Shown: in pieces, positions 26,089-35,789 of the stretch | How the letters are laid out: every line of letters starts with the position of its first letter | Numbering within the stretch: position 1 is the first letter of the stretch | Virus record (IMG/VR): IMGVR_UViG_2880329822_000001 | Location: 1-64,000 of that record | Strand: one strand, 5' to 3' | Length of the DNA: 64,000 nt | DNA from: a virus | Lineage: Duplodnaviria; Heunggongvirae; Uroviricota; Caudoviricetes | Position numbers and translations under genes: made by a program | The notes under the pieces: model-generated | Database searches by the model: none | Told to the model about the DNA's origin: nothing | What the model saw: the letters and a program-made list of their open reading frames with translations, nothing else

Positions 26089-27407
26089 TCTTTATCTCCG
26101 ATACGTTCTTCGGTATCGCGAAGGCATTTAGGCCATTTCAACCGCGGATGACGCAGACTGCCATCTGGCGTATACTCGTGGAAATTCACCTTCACAATAC
26201 GCCCCATGTATTTGTCCTGGTTATGCCAGATCTCATCGAGGTAGCGATGCTTGATTCCAGAAGCGCGGACCTCAGTTCCATCTTCGAGACGAATGACGAT
26301 TTTGCCGAGGGTATGGGCAAAGCCAGCATCCGGATCTCCAGGTAGGAAGCCGATAATCTCTCCATCAGCTTCGTTTTCATCTTTTAGTTTCCACCAGCTA
26401 CGGGTGCGCTTGAATTCATAGACGGAATCCGGATCTTTCCCCATCTCCCCTTCTTCATTTGCGTCCAGACGCTTCATAAAGCGTTCTACATAGTCTTCGT
26501 GGCTGTAAATGATGTAGAAGGGATGCATATGAATATCTGTAGCGTAATCCTGACCGCGAGTATTTTTGAACCACGCCACCAACATTGAGAGACGCTGTTT
26601 CAGCTTCATACCGTTCTTCTGGTATTCGATCGTTTTAGCCTGAACGCGCCACTCAGGAAGAAAGAAATCGAAGATATGGTAGATGGCGCCTACAGCCTTC
26701 ACCTTCTTCTTGCGCAGCGCTGATACGGAGTTATTAAACGAACCAGCAGTACCTTCGCCATCAAAGAAGATGTGTTTGTAGCCTGATAGCTTCCCCAACT
26801 CCAGCATGGCGGGTTTAAGATGATCGAGAGATGTTATAGGGTTGCCGGTGCGCGACAGGAAATTAACCTCTTCCTCATCTACAATGACTTCACAGATGAC
26901 GCGCAGCCCATCCAGCTTGAGACTGCCGATCATTGGCCACCTGGCTTTGGGGTTTGGTTTGAATGGGTATTTGTCGCCTTTCTCCTTGTACGGAGAGGCC
27001 AGCTGTACCTCAAACTTCGGAATTAAGTTTTCGAACACCTTATTGCACAAGCTGATACCGACGCCGGCTTTCGGATCTTTCAGCAGGAAGCGACGAAACA
27101 CGTCCTGCCCGTCAGCGCACATCGAGGCAACGAGTGATTCGACAGCAGTAATGGCCGCGTTCCCGGTCAGTTCGCGCGCCGCCAGCTTCTCCAGCAGCTC
27201 TACTACCTTCTGGTCGCTGGGTACGGAAGTTTCGAGTGGCTTGGCCACTTTGTACTTCTTCACACCAAATCGAATGAATGGGTTGAGCATTAGCGAGACC
27301 ATGCTCTGCTCAAATTCATCAAGGTTGGCCAGCGCCTCTTTCTTGGCGTTGGTTCCCATCGTTTTGATGGCATCCAGCTTATGCTTTAGGGCAATCAGTT
27401 TTTCCAT
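26085..27407 (-). CDS. ATP-dependent DNA ligase
   Basis: Adenylation motif KLDGLR (SLKLDGLRV) plus downstream ligase/OB-fold motifs. Confidence 0.85.
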   Translation of the reverse strand: MEKLIALKHKLDAIKTMGTNAKKEALANLDEFEQSMVSLMLNPFIRFGVKKYKVAKPLETSVPSDQKVVELLEKLAARELTGNAAITAVESLVASMCADGQDVFRRFLLKDPKAGVGISLCNKVFENLIPKFEVQLASPYKEKGDKYPFKPNPKARWPMIGSLKLDGLRVICEVIVDEEEVNFLSRTGNPITSLDHLKPAMLELGKLSGYKHIFFDGEGTAGSFNNSVSALRKKKVKAVGAIYHIFDFFLPEWRVQAKTIEYQKNGMKLKQRLSMLVAWFKNTRGQDYATDIHMHPFYIIYSHEDYVERFMKRLDANEEGEMGKDPDSVYEFKRTRSWWKLKDENEADGEIIGFLPGDPDAGFAHTLGKIVIRLEDGTEVRASGIKHRYLDEIWHNQDKYMGRIVKVNFHEYTPDGSLRHPRLKWPKCLRDTEERIGDKE

Positions 27408-27441
27408 TAGTGTTTAACCTCCATCGGTAGGTCGAGAGTTT

Positions 27442-27930
27442 TCATGTGTTTTCTTTGGTTGCTTCTTCAATTAGTGCCGCGTACACGTCAGTGACGGGCG
27501 CAAGTGAATCGGTGGACGTGGTTTCTGGTTTGGCTGGTTCTGTTTTCTTTGTGCGTTGAACCATACTGTTAATCGTCATGGTGTTGCGCTTCCGGGTGAG
27601 CGTTCTGGCATGGTCGTTTTGCTCTTCTACTTCTTTGATAAGCGCAGCCATATCGATGAAGTAGAGCTGTTCGCCTTTTCGGATCTCTTCGACCATCATC
27701 TTCAGTGCCTGACATTTGCCAGCAGCAATGGCCGCAGCGCAGGATAAGAAAGATGTAGCCGGAAGACGCTTCTCTTTGTAGGCGAGGATGGTGTGTTGGC
27801 AGACTGTATAGCTGCAATGGGTCTCATGACCGTTGATCTTTACTTCCGGGCAGCGCAGCGAATAACCGTTGTTTCCGGAGATAGACGGGATTTTCGACAA
27901 ATCTGTTCTTGTGGACATGCTTCCAGCCAT
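27442..27930 (-). CDS. Cys-rich protein (162 aa; C-x12-C-x4-C cluster), candidate zinc-binding regulator
   Basis: CPEVKINGHETHCSYTVC near the N-terminus; GTACTTACTTAT motif upstream. Confidence 0.45.
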   Translation of the reverse strand: MAGSMSTRTDLSKIPSISGNNGYSLRCPEVKINGHETHCSYTVCQHTILAYKEKRLPATSFLSCAAAIAAGKCQALKMMVEEIRKGEQLYFIDMAALIKEVEEQNDHARTLTRKRNTMTINSMVQRTKKTEPAKPETTSTDSLAPVTDVYAALIEEATKENT

Positions 27931-27960
27931 AGTCGTGTACTTACTTATTGAGCGCAGTTT

Positions 27961-27983
27961 AAAAAAGCCCCGCCAGGGGGCTA
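27961..27983 (-). terminator. Intrinsic terminator after the 28000-28794 gene (AGCCCC-GCCA-GGGGGCT then T6 on the minus strand)
   Basis: Hairpin plus U-tract. Confidence 0.55.
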
Positions 27984-27999
27984 AATGGTTTATCGAGGC

Positions 28000-28794
28000 T
28001 TACCAGGTCGCCCAGCAAGTCATTTTGTCCTGAGCGGCTTCGAACCGGTATGGCTCCAGTAAATCGTTGGCATGGTGGACGGCGTAGGATTTTGCCTCCT
28101 GTTTAATCATCGGTAACTCGTTGGCCAGACGTGCCACCTGCCCTGCAAAACTGGCGAGCACCCCGTCACATGTCTGACCCGCGTCGACAATGATACGTAC
28201 CATGTCTAAGTCGCTGCGGCACATATCGCAGATCATGCCGTATTCCACCTCACGAATTCGCTCAACGACTTTTTTGGTATCGCCATTGACTACCAATTCC
28301 AGCAAACCAGGTGGGGTTGTCAGATCTGTAACGCGCTCGGTAACGTCAGGCAGTTCGACAATGCTCAGGAACGCCGCGATAGACGGGTCATCCTCTACAC
28401 CAGCCCTGTCTTTGATCGCTCGAAGAGTCGCGTCGACAATATCCTCAAACCGTTCACGTGCATCGCATACTGCCTGGTTGGTGTAGACAACGCGACCGTC
28501 GTACCATGCACCGACACGCACTTCGACTGTTGCGTCTTTCATCTTGCGAGTGAATCCCACGAGTGCTGCGCGTTTCTGCTTAACACCAGGTAGCTCCGGG
28601 GAATCACCAAAACGAACCCAGACCCGCATGTATTTCGAGCCTTCCGCAAGAGGTGCGGCGCTCACAGACGTGGCTATGTGCTCCAGCGCAGTCTCGATCG
28701 CCTCATCGATAATCTTCTGGCGCCCTTCTGTATCAATTTCTACGCCTGATTTGTCGATGATTTCGGTAACGGACTTCTGTATATCTGCTTTCAT
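28000..28794 (-). CDS. Hypothetical protein (264 aa)
   Basis: ORF with ATAAGTA-N6-TACTTAT palindrome (28838-28857) upstream. Confidence 0.55.
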   Translation of the reverse strand: MKADIQKSVTEIIDKSGVEIDTEGRQKIIDEAIETALEHIATSVSAAPLAEGSKYMRVWVRFGDSPELPGVKQKRAALVGFTRKMKDATVEVRVGAWYDGRVVYTNQAVCDARERFEDIVDATLRAIKDRAGVEDDPSIAAFLSIVELPDVTERVTDLTTPPGLLELVVNGDTKKVVERIREVEYGMICDMCRSDLDMVRIIVDAGQTCDGVLASFAGQVARLANELPMIKQEAKSYAVHHANDLLEPYRFEAAQDKMTCWATW

Positions 28795-28874
28795 AAAGGT
28801 TCCTCAATTCCTTCGTCGCGCATATTCTTACAGAAAAATAAGTATGCATCTACTTATCGTTAGCGGCATACAAT

Positions 28875-29990
28875 TTATACAAGAGCTTTAATGCCGTGCA
28901 CCTTACTTTGTAGTTCGAGCTGTTTGGAGTATGGCTTGGCGCGATAGTAGGCTTTGAGGATCTGCTCAGGTGTCGCGTCGCCAGGGTCGAGACCCTCCTC
29001 ACCAAGACAGGCCACTTTGACATTCAGTCCGATGCTGGTGAGACGTTTGGCCGCCGACATGGTGTTGCGGATCGCTTGCTTCTCGCTATCCCACATCATA
29101 ATGACGTTACGCAACCCACGCGCCTTGAGCATCAGGAACGCACCCAACTGATCTTCAGCATCCTCATTCATATTTCCGGATAAGTGCATACCGAACGTAC
29201 CAATTGGCTCCACGTAATCCCGCAGCGTCTCCTCGTCGAAGATAGCTCGCTTCACACTCATGACGTCAAACGCCCCTTCGCATACTACGACAGTCTGCTT
29301 TCCAACCGCATTGTGACCATTGTAGAGAAATTTGCCAGATGCCGGCAGTTGTATGGGGAACATATAGCGACGTTCAGCCGTGCCGGTGACATCACGCCCC
29401 TGGAATGTCTTCATAACACCATCCAGGTCGTAGACAGGTATCAAGATACGCATATCGAATACTTGCCCTTTGACCTGATCGGTGTACGGATCGACATAGG
29501 CATGTTTACCTTCTACGCAGTAACGCAGATCAAAGTATCTTGATATCTCAGGTGAGATCTGGCGTTCGATAAGATAATCAGGAAGACGGCCGTCGATTGG
29601 CAGCTCGTAATGTCGAGGCAAAGAAACCGGTCCCTCCAGTTCGACTTCACTGGAAAGAACTATCTCTTCCTTCTTCGAGGTCCAGCCTTGTGTAAGGAGT
29701 GCGTTCTGGACGTACTCTTCAAAATCGCGACGGGATTTACCGCTGTAGTGCTTGAGGAAGACCAGCTTGTTGAACTGAATCTCTTCGGGATGATCACCAG
29801 CAAAGCATTTGCCGACGCCATTGGTCAGGTTGAAATATACCTTCCAGTTAGAGCTTCCACACACAGGACATTCCTTAATATTAACCTCACGCCCCCGTGT
29901 ACTCACACCTCCGCGACGATAAATTATCCCTTCCGTATCCAGCCATTGTTCAAAATCCAATTCGGATAGAAGTTCTTTCAGTTCGCCCAC
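28875..29990 (-). CDS. DNA primase (zinc finger + TOPRIM)
   Basis: CPVCGSS...KCFAGDH zinc motif; TOPRIM VVVCEGAFD ... DSEKQ. Confidence 0.8.
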   Translation of the reverse strand: MGELKELLSELDFEQWLDTEGIIYRRGGVSTRGREVNIKECPVCGSSNWKVYFNLTNGVGKCFAGDHPEEIQFNKLVFLKHYSGKSRRDFEEYVQNALLTQGWTSKKEEIVLSSEVELEGPVSLPRHYELPIDGRLPDYLIERQISPEISRYFDLRYCVEGKHAYVDPYTDQVKGQVFDMRILIPVYDLDGVMKTFQGRDVTGTAERRYMFPIQLPASGKFLYNGHNAVGKQTVVVCEGAFDVMSVKRAIFDEETLRDYVEPIGTFGMHLSGNMNEDAEDQLGAFLMLKARGLRNVIMMWDSEKQAIRNTMSAAKRLTSIGLNVKVACLGEEGLDPGDATPEQILKAYYRAKPYSKQLELQSKVHGIKALV

Positions 29991-30123
29991 GTTAAGCCAC
30001 CCTCAATTTGTAGGTAATATATTGATTAATATAAAATTACAGATACCATAAAGGCTCATGTGTTTTTCTTTTGTGGTTTGACAAAAGAAGTTTTGAAAGG
30101 CGTGGGAAATCCACGCCTTATTT

Positions 30124-31464
30124 TTAGAGAACGTCAAGAATGCGCTCAATAAAACGCATTTGTTCAAGATTCTGTTTAACGCGAATACTTACCCCACCTT
30201 TCTGGTTACGTGAGCCAGCGAAATAAAGACGCGCTTCTCCTTTAGCTTCTTCCTCTTCCGTTTTATTAATCGTTATTACGAGGTCAGCTATACGAACCTT
30301 CTCGATGTTGTCGGCGGCGTGCATCATTGTTGCCACCTCGGATGCACCACCTTCCCTGTTAGTCTGTGATGCTGTGATACCTGCTACGTTATGCTTATCA
30401 TATAGAGCACGAAGGTCTGTATAGATGCTACGAACATTGGCACGATCGTCACGCAGATCATAGCTTGCACGCATTAGATCGGCATAGTCGACGACGACCA
30501 TATCCGGAACCATTCCGTTAGCTTTCATACTACTTAACATGCGATCAAGATCTGCGGGTGACATGCTTCCTGATGGTCGCTCAACAATCCATAAGCTTCC
30601 TACACCTTTCATCGCGCCAAGCTCCGCCAGTTTTCTATGCACATCATCTCGACGCTCAACCAATTTGGACATTTCAGTTTCAGATAACCGCGCATCAAAG
30701 CGATCAGACAATATCGATGTATGAACCTCTAATGACAAATACAGGACGTTGTAGCCGGCTAGCGTAGCGTTAATGGAGAACTCTCCCATTGCGGTAGACT
30801 TACCTGACTTGGCAAAGCCCATGAAAAGAACCATTTCACGCCGCGCCCACCCTTTTTGATAAAGCATTTTATCGAGTAGAGGTATACCTGTTGTGATGCT
30901 ATTAGGCACGTAATCATCAGATGACTCATACTCACGCGCTTTGTAACGCTCACAGGATTCGGCGAGATAGTCATAAATACCGGTAGCTTCGTTAGAGCCG
31001 ATTTGCTGCACTTTGGTCATTATCGCCATTGCGCCTTGAAAATCGCCCTTTTCCTTCATCTCAGCCGCCTTAATAAGCGCATCGTCAAATGCTACGCTTT
31101 TGGCGAAAGTTGCAACCTGATCCACCATGTACGCAGTGTCTGATAGTTTCTCAGCGAGGATGCGCTTAAAGGTCTCGACGACATCAGGGAACAATTCTTC
31201 ACGGATCGTCTTATCACGTTTGGCACGTTTAAGCATATCCAGTATTGCCGACGACGATGGTGCGCTTTTATACATTCTGTAGTAGCCGGACACCATATTT
31301 ACCAATATGGCGTTTGCTGCATTAGAAAACTGGTTTGGTGCAACCAGATCTCCGGCACGAGTCAAAAACTCATGATCGCGACAAAAATAGGCAGCAAGTC
31401 GATTCTGGAAATCGTCGTCGAACTCTTCAGATAACCCTCGTCCTGTGTGGCAAAGTTCGGTCAT
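30124..31464 (-). CDS. DnaB-family replicative helicase
   Basis: Walker A GFAKSGKST, Walker B MVVVDYADL, 446 aa; AGAAAACAAATT motif upstream. Confidence 0.85.
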   Translation of the reverse strand: MTELCHTGRGLSEEFDDDFQNRLAAYFCRDHEFLTRAGDLVAPNQFSNAANAILVNMVSGYYRMYKSAPSSSAILDMLKRAKRDKTIREELFPDVVETFKRILAEKLSDTAYMVDQVATFAKSVAFDDALIKAAEMKEKGDFQGAMAIMTKVQQIGSNEATGIYDYLAESCERYKAREYESSDDYVPNSITTGIPLLDKMLYQKGWARREMVLFMGFAKSGKSTAMGEFSINATLAGYNVLYLSLEVHTSILSDRFDARLSETEMSKLVERRDDVHRKLAELGAMKGVGSLWIVERPSGSMSPADLDRMLSSMKANGMVPDMVVVDYADLMRASYDLRDDRANVRSIYTDLRALYDKHNVAGITASQTNREGGASEVATMMHAADNIEKVRIADLVITINKTEEEEAKGEARLYFAGSRNQKGGVSIRVKQNLEQMRFIERILDVL

Positions 31465-31514
31465 GTGCTTTCCTTCAATGTTTTAATAATTTGTTTTCTG
31501 ATACTAAAAAATAT

Positions 31515-32249
31515 TTACAGGGGATCAACGAGACGCCTTGCTTCTTCCAGCTCTTCTGGGAAATTGGCGAAGATCACTCGTTCAGGTACAAGCTCCATCA
31601 ACCATACAGCGGAGAGGATAATCCGGACGCGTTTGTCTCTTGTGATGCCACGTAAGCGCTCCAGAACCCACTCAAAATAGTGTTCTTGTATAGGGTCATG
31701 CTGCATGTCTCCCATATGCTTAAAACTCACCAGTGAGTCATCCAGACGCGTCTCGTAACGTTTGGCTAGCTTCTTCTCAAATATCTCCACTAACTCAGGT
31801 TGCCAAAGATGTTGAGGGCGTGGCAATTTGTCCCACAAACGTCTTGCTGCCGCCGACAAAACAGTGGATATGAAATAGTCATATGAGCAACAGTATCTGT
31901 CCGCAAACTGGCGTGCCTTCCATAGAGAGGTTTTATTAGCCGTTGATAATTCCTGATACGGCAGTCGTTTAAGGCCAGTCGTAAAAACAGCCGTCTCAAA
32001 ATGCTCTCGGCCGTGTGACAACATGATGTAGGAGTACTGACGCTTGTATGCTTCTGTAAAAAGACATGTGGCCATCAGCGGGTGCATATCGCGATAATCG
32101 AACCACTTCGTTTCATACAGATCAGCTTCATCTTTGCAGCGTGACAGTCCGATATTTTCGGCCACCCACTTGTCCATGACTACGGTGTTCCATTCGGTCA
32201 TGAAGTCATACTGGTTGTTATCGATAGTGTTAAAGAAAATCTGACTCAT
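31515..32249 (-). CDS. Hypothetical protein (244 aa)
   Basis: ORF; TACTTACTTAT motif upstream. Confidence 0.5.
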   Translation of the reverse strand: MSQIFFNTIDNNQYDFMTEWNTVVMDKWVAENIGLSRCKDEADLYETKWFDYRDMHPLMATCLFTEAYKRQYSYIMLSHGREHFETAVFTTGLKRLPYQELSTANKTSLWKARQFADRYCCSYDYFISTVLSAAARRLWDKLPRPQHLWQPELVEIFEKKLAKRYETRLDDSLVSFKHMGDMQHDPIQEHYFEWVLERLRGITRDKRVRIILSAVWLMELVPERVIFANFPEELEEARRLVDPL

Positions 32250-32366
32250 GCGATCGCCTTGCTAGATAGGTAGCTACTTACTTATCATAATGGGCGAATC
32301 ATAGCGACTGGAGATAGTTTTGGGAAGTAGAAACGAAAGGGTTTCGTCTGGGGTAGTGTCTAAAAC

Positions 32367-32426
32367 AGACCTGCTTCCGTATATATTTATTAAGTTATTT
32401 ATTATTTAATATACAGAAGCAGGTCT
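32367..32426. repeat. 60-bp palindrome A: 18-bp arms AGACCTGCTTCCGTATAT / ATATACAGAAGCAGGTCT (1 mismatch) around a 24-bp A/T loop; downstream of the par operon
   Basis: Near-identical copy at 63050-63111. Confidence 0.65.
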
Positions 32427-32452
32427 TTGAATTGTAGCGTCAGACTGTTTTT

Positions 32453-32812
32453 TTAGCCTTTTTTCATCAACTCGCGCTTAATCTCATCGGTACGCATCGT
32501 TACATCAGAAGCCGTAATCGCCTCGTTCAGCTTCACGATATCCTCGATCTCCTGCGGCGACTTCTCAGCCAGATGGAAAATGGCGGCACGAATCACATCA
32601 GAACGTGTGAACTTCTCGAAACGCGGGATAAACTTCATCATCTCCAGCAGTTCGAAATACTCGTCCTCCAGTGACATTGTGCGGCTTTTAATTTTTTCTT
32701 TCCCACGAGTCGGGCGGCCCTGTGGTCTGACTGGCTGGCGCATAGGTGTGTTGCTTTTAACCTGAACATCAGGTTCTTTGCGCTTAGCAAGGTCTCCCAT
32801 TTTCATGGACAT
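32453..32812 (-). CDS. ParG-like ribbon-helix-helix centromere-binding protein (119 aa) with basic N-terminal tail
   Basis: RHH-like C-terminus SRTMSLEDEYFELLEMMKF...; start overlaps the parA stop. Confidence 0.6.
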   Translation of the reverse strand: MSMKMGDLAKRKEPDVQVKSNTPMRQPVRPQGRPTRGKEKIKSRTMSLEDEYFELLEMMKFIPRFEKFTRSDVIRAAIFHLAEKSPQEIEDIVKLNEAITASDVTMRTDEIKRELMKKG

Positions 32813-33477
32813 TATTTTTCCTCCAGACTCAATATGTAATCTACAAATTCTTCAAACTCGGCTTCCGCCTTTTTGTCGCGCTCAGAACCGGTCATTTCAA
32901 AAATCGAACGACCAGCCTCTTCTGCATCATCATAAACGTTACGGTTGTAAAGATTGACAGGTGCAGACTCTATACCGAATGTCTCAACAATATCTTTAGC
33001 GGCAAGAATACGAGATGCCTGTGAAGGCAGTGATGGGCATTGGTTAATCACTGCTCGAATCTTCACTTTTTCGTTTACGTTCCTAACGTTATCTATAATC
33101 GGGTCAATATCACGAAGAGATTTCAGATCACGACGTTTAGGACGCAGCGGAATGATGATGAAGTCTGCCAATAGCATCACCTGGCGCTGAATTTCTGAGT
33201 CGAAACCGCCAGCATCAACCACGACGTACTCAAAACGTCCTTTGAGTGATTTGATGTGCTTAACGATATCGTCCTGAACATAAGCGAAAGGAATGAGTTC
33301 AAGATCTTCATTCTGTCGCCTGTCTTCACACCAGCTGGTGGTGGTACGCTGAATATCAATATCTGTAATTTGGGTTTTCTTTTTCTTTTTAACTTTTAGG
33401 CATACAGCAATCTGCTGGGCAACGGTAGATTTTCCCGGCCCGCCTTTCGTACCGCCAACCACAATGATCCTGGTCAT
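32812..33477 (-). CDS. parA: ParA partition ATPase, small type-Ib
   Basis: Deviant Walker A GGTKGGPGKST; 221 aa. Confidence 0.85.
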   Translation of the reverse strand: MTRIIVVGGTKGGPGKSTVAQQIAVCLKVKKKKKTQITDIDIQRTTTSWCEDRRQNEDLELIPFAYVQDDIVKHIKSLKGRFEYVVVDAGGFDSEIQRQVMLLADFIIIPLRPKRRDLKSLRDIDPIIDNVRNVNEKVKIRAVINQCPSLPSQASRILAAKDIVETFGIESAPVNLYNRNVYDDAEEAGRSIFEMTGSERDKKAEAEFEEFVDYILSLEEK

Positions 33478-33620
33478 TGGATAGTTCCCTTTGCGTGAAT
33501 TATTGTCGTTTGAAACAACTTGTTTTCTTATATGGGATATAGCCTAAATGTCTACGGCGACGGTGTAAAGGTTAATTGTCAGGTACTGCCGTTTGGCGGG
33601 AAGCCCCATCCGGGGCTTGT

Positions 33621-33860
33621 TCATTTGGTTGACGAGGCTCCATATTGCCAGTGACATAACCGCTCTCCAAGCGTGTTATGTATGAGTATTTCGCGTTCAG
33701 TTTGTTCGGTCATACTGTCATCACGACTAATGTAGATAGGGTTTGCTCCATCGCAAAAAAGAACCCCGACCGTTTGAGGCCTAATCACGCATCCACTTAT
33801 CGCGAAGCTCATGACGAACGGCAGAAGCATCCTTACGCCGTATTTCGTTGATAGTCTCAT
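33621..33860 (-). CDS. o-spanin (Rz1-like outer-membrane lipoprotein) overlapping the Rz-like gene out of frame
   Basis: MRLSTKYGVRMLLPFVMSFAISGC lipobox, Pro-rich mature part; overlaps 33781-34035 in another frame. Confidence 0.6.
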   Translation of the reverse strand: MRLSTKYGVRMLLPFVMSFAISGCVIRPQTVGVLFCDGANPIYISRDDSMTEQTEREILIHNTLGERLCHWQYGASSTK

Positions 33861-34035
33861 TTTTCTCATCCACGGTATTCTGTAGTCGCCTGTTATCTTC
33901 TCGTCTGGCCTTTTCTTCAAGTGCTTGTCGAGCCGCTCTCCCACCCAATGAATATGCCCCGACAAGCACTAAAAGAACGGCAGCCAACGTCATCAGACCA
34001 CTTTTAATCTGTGAAAATAGGCTGCCAGTAAGCAT
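33781..34035 (-). CDS. i-spanin (Rz-like): N-terminal TM plus charged coiled coil
   Basis: TM LMTLAAVLLVLVGAYSLG then R/E/K-rich helix. Confidence 0.6.
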   Translation of the reverse strand: MLTGSLFSQIKSGLMTLAAVLLVLVGAYSLGGRAARQALEEKARREDNRRLQNTVDEKNETINEIRRKDASAVRHELRDKWMRD

Positions 34036-34727
34036 CAGACTATCCCCTGTTGATGTTTACGAACCTGAGACCACGCGATAAAGCCGGCCACCACGATAGT
34101 TGCAATACCGAAAATAATGCGGATCGTATCACCGCTGGTGATATGCCCTTGCGCTTTATCCATCGCGACAGATACTTGCGGCATCACGTCGGCAAGTTGT
34201 GCCAATCCGATACCAGCAGTAACAGTCGCCCCCGCTGTCTCTTTAGTAACAGGGACTGATTTAACGGATTTAACAGGCTTTACTATGCCGGCGCGACGAA
34301 GTCCTTCCTCGATTACTTCGGATGCGTACCATGTATTTGGAGTTTTAAGAGGGCCGCGACCATTCTCATGTCGAATAATGGCTTCAAGCAGCGGTCTGAT
34401 GGTGTCGTAGTTGTGAAGATCTATCGTCATATCAGGGGAAACACCAACAGCTTTTGCTACTTCGTTAATATATGCCGTAGTGTTGTTCTCATGTGGTGGT
34501 GCCCATCGCTCAATGACTTCGCGGATAGTATCGATACTGGAGCCATCCTTTGCGCGGCGTTTATCATGATAAGTAATGAGCGTAACTGCCAATGCTCTAA
34601 TGCCCCAAACGGGATCTTTGAATGTGCAGAAACGTGGTTCGGAAGGGTTATTAGTTAAGCCTTGCCACGGCGATCCCTTATCAAGATTACCTGGGTTATT
34701 GTTTCTAATGCCTCTTGGAGTTTTCAT
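34035..34727 (-). CDS. Putative cell-wall hydrolase/endolysin-like protein with C-terminal membrane anchor (assignment tentative)
   Basis: GIRNNNPGNL...WQG N-terminal motif (memory-based); C-terminal TM IRIIFGIATIVVAGFIAW; sits directly upstream of Rz/Rz1. Confidence 0.4.
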   Translation of the reverse strand: MKTPRGIRNNNPGNLDKGSPWQGLTNNPSEPRFCTFKDPVWGIRALAVTLITYHDKRRAKDGSSIDTIREVIERWAPPHENNTTAYINEVAKAVGVSPDMTIDLHNYDTIRPLLEAIIRHENGRGPLKTPNTWYASEVIEEGLRRAGIVKPVKSVKSVPVTKETAGATVTAGIGLAQLADVMPQVSVAMDKAQGHITSGDTIRIIFGIATIVVAGFIAWSQVRKHQQGIV

Positions 34728-34740
34728 CCATGATCTCCTT

Positions 34741-35076
34741 TTATTTCATTCCACTTTTTACGCCATAGGCGGCGAGACCCAAAATTAGTGCTGTGATCAG
34801 AATTGACGTAACCTTTGAGACAATACCTCCAAAAAAACCACTGGAAATGGTGTCTAGCCTATTCAGAAGTTTGTCTAAATTTGAGTGTTGAATGCTGTGT
34901 TGCGCAGCGGTCATATCGCCAAAATAGGTTTTGAGCTGATCATTTACCTCTTGGCCAATTTCATCCCTTAATTCCTTACCTAACTTGCCAACGACCTCTC
35001 TCGCAACGATAGCGGCAATACGCTCCACCTGTTCTGGCGTAACACCTGCCATCTCGTTCGACATTAATTCCTCCAT
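34741..35076 (-). CDS. Membrane protein (111 aa, C-terminal TM), possible holin-like lysis component
   Basis: Position before the lysis genes; single TM. Confidence 0.3.
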   Translation of the reverse strand: MEELMSNEMAGVTPEQVERIAAIVAREVVGKLGKELRDEIGQEVNDQLKTYFGDMTAAQHSIQHSNLDKLLNRLDTISSGFFGGIVSKVTSILITALILGLAAYGVKSGMK

Positions 35077-35133
35077 GAAAAGTCAAACAGATAGATGGAT
35101 AGTTTATACCACATTTATATAGTAAGTACTAAC

Positions 35134-35700
35134 CTACTTATATTGTGATTTTGTTGATGCAGGGAATTTTCTATAAAGGGTAGATAACCCAACGTCATAT
35201 ATAAGAGCTACACGTTTGCGCGATTCCCCGGCTGCAATCAAACGTCCTGCCTGCTCCCATTGTGCCTGAGTGAGTTTTGGACGTCTGCCACCTATACGCC
35301 CTTGCGCTCTCGCAGCCGCAAGTCCGGCATTCGTTCTTTCCACAATCAATTCTCTCTCCATTTCGGCGAGTGCGCCCATGACATGAAAGAAGAAACGCCC
35401 CATTGGTGTACTGGTATCAATGGAATCGGTCAGGCTGCGGAAATTAATGCCGCGTTCGCGCAATTCTTCTACCAGAACGACCAGATGACGCATACTGCGC
35501 CCCAGACGATCGAGCTTCCATACAACCAGTGTGTCCCCTTCTGATAACGTCCTGAGTAACTTTTTCAGTCCGGGCCTTTCGGATTTCGTTCCGCTTATTT
35601 TGTCTTCAAAAATCAGTTCACATCCTGCGCAATTTAGCGCATTTCGCTGTAAATCGGTGTTCTGGTCATTTGTTGACACCCGCACATAGCCAATTTGCAT
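35134..35700 (-). CDS. Serine DNA invertase, Gin/Cin/Hin family
   Basis: Start MQIGYVRVSTNDQNTDLQRNAL (catalytic Ser), C-terminal HTH; the annotated 47-aa N-terminal extension is the gix/inverted-repeat region, not coding. Confidence 0.85.
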   Translation of the reverse strand: MQIGYVRVSTNDQNTDLQRNALNCAGCELIFEDKISGTKSERPGLKKLLRTLSEGDTLVVWKLDRLGRSMRHLVVLVEELRERGINFRSLTDSIDTSTPMGRFFFHVMGALAEMERELIVERTNAGLAAARAQGRIGGRRPKLTQAQWEQAGRLIAAGESRKRVALIYDVGLSTLYRKFPASTKSQYK

Positions 35701-35752
35701 GATAAGCACCCCGCAAAAGGCCGAGATCATGCCATCTACACTATATTTCTGC

Positions 35753-35780
35753 ATTTTCAGAAACGTTGGTTTGCGAGAAA
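35753..35780. other. gix-like crossover site, left (TTCAGAAACGTTGGTTTGCGAGAAAC)
   Basis: Matches the right site in inverted orientation and resembles the Mu gix sequence from memory. Confidence 0.55.
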
Positions 35781-35789
35781 CCATAAATC

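Noticed and set aside
30096-30118. Perfect hairpin AAGGCGTGG-GAAAT-CCACGCCTT between dnaB and the primase gene as an operon-internal terminator
   Set aside because: Its U-tract lies on the plus (antisense) strand, so it cannot terminate the minus-strand helicase-primase transcript. It may block antisense transcription. Low confidence either way.
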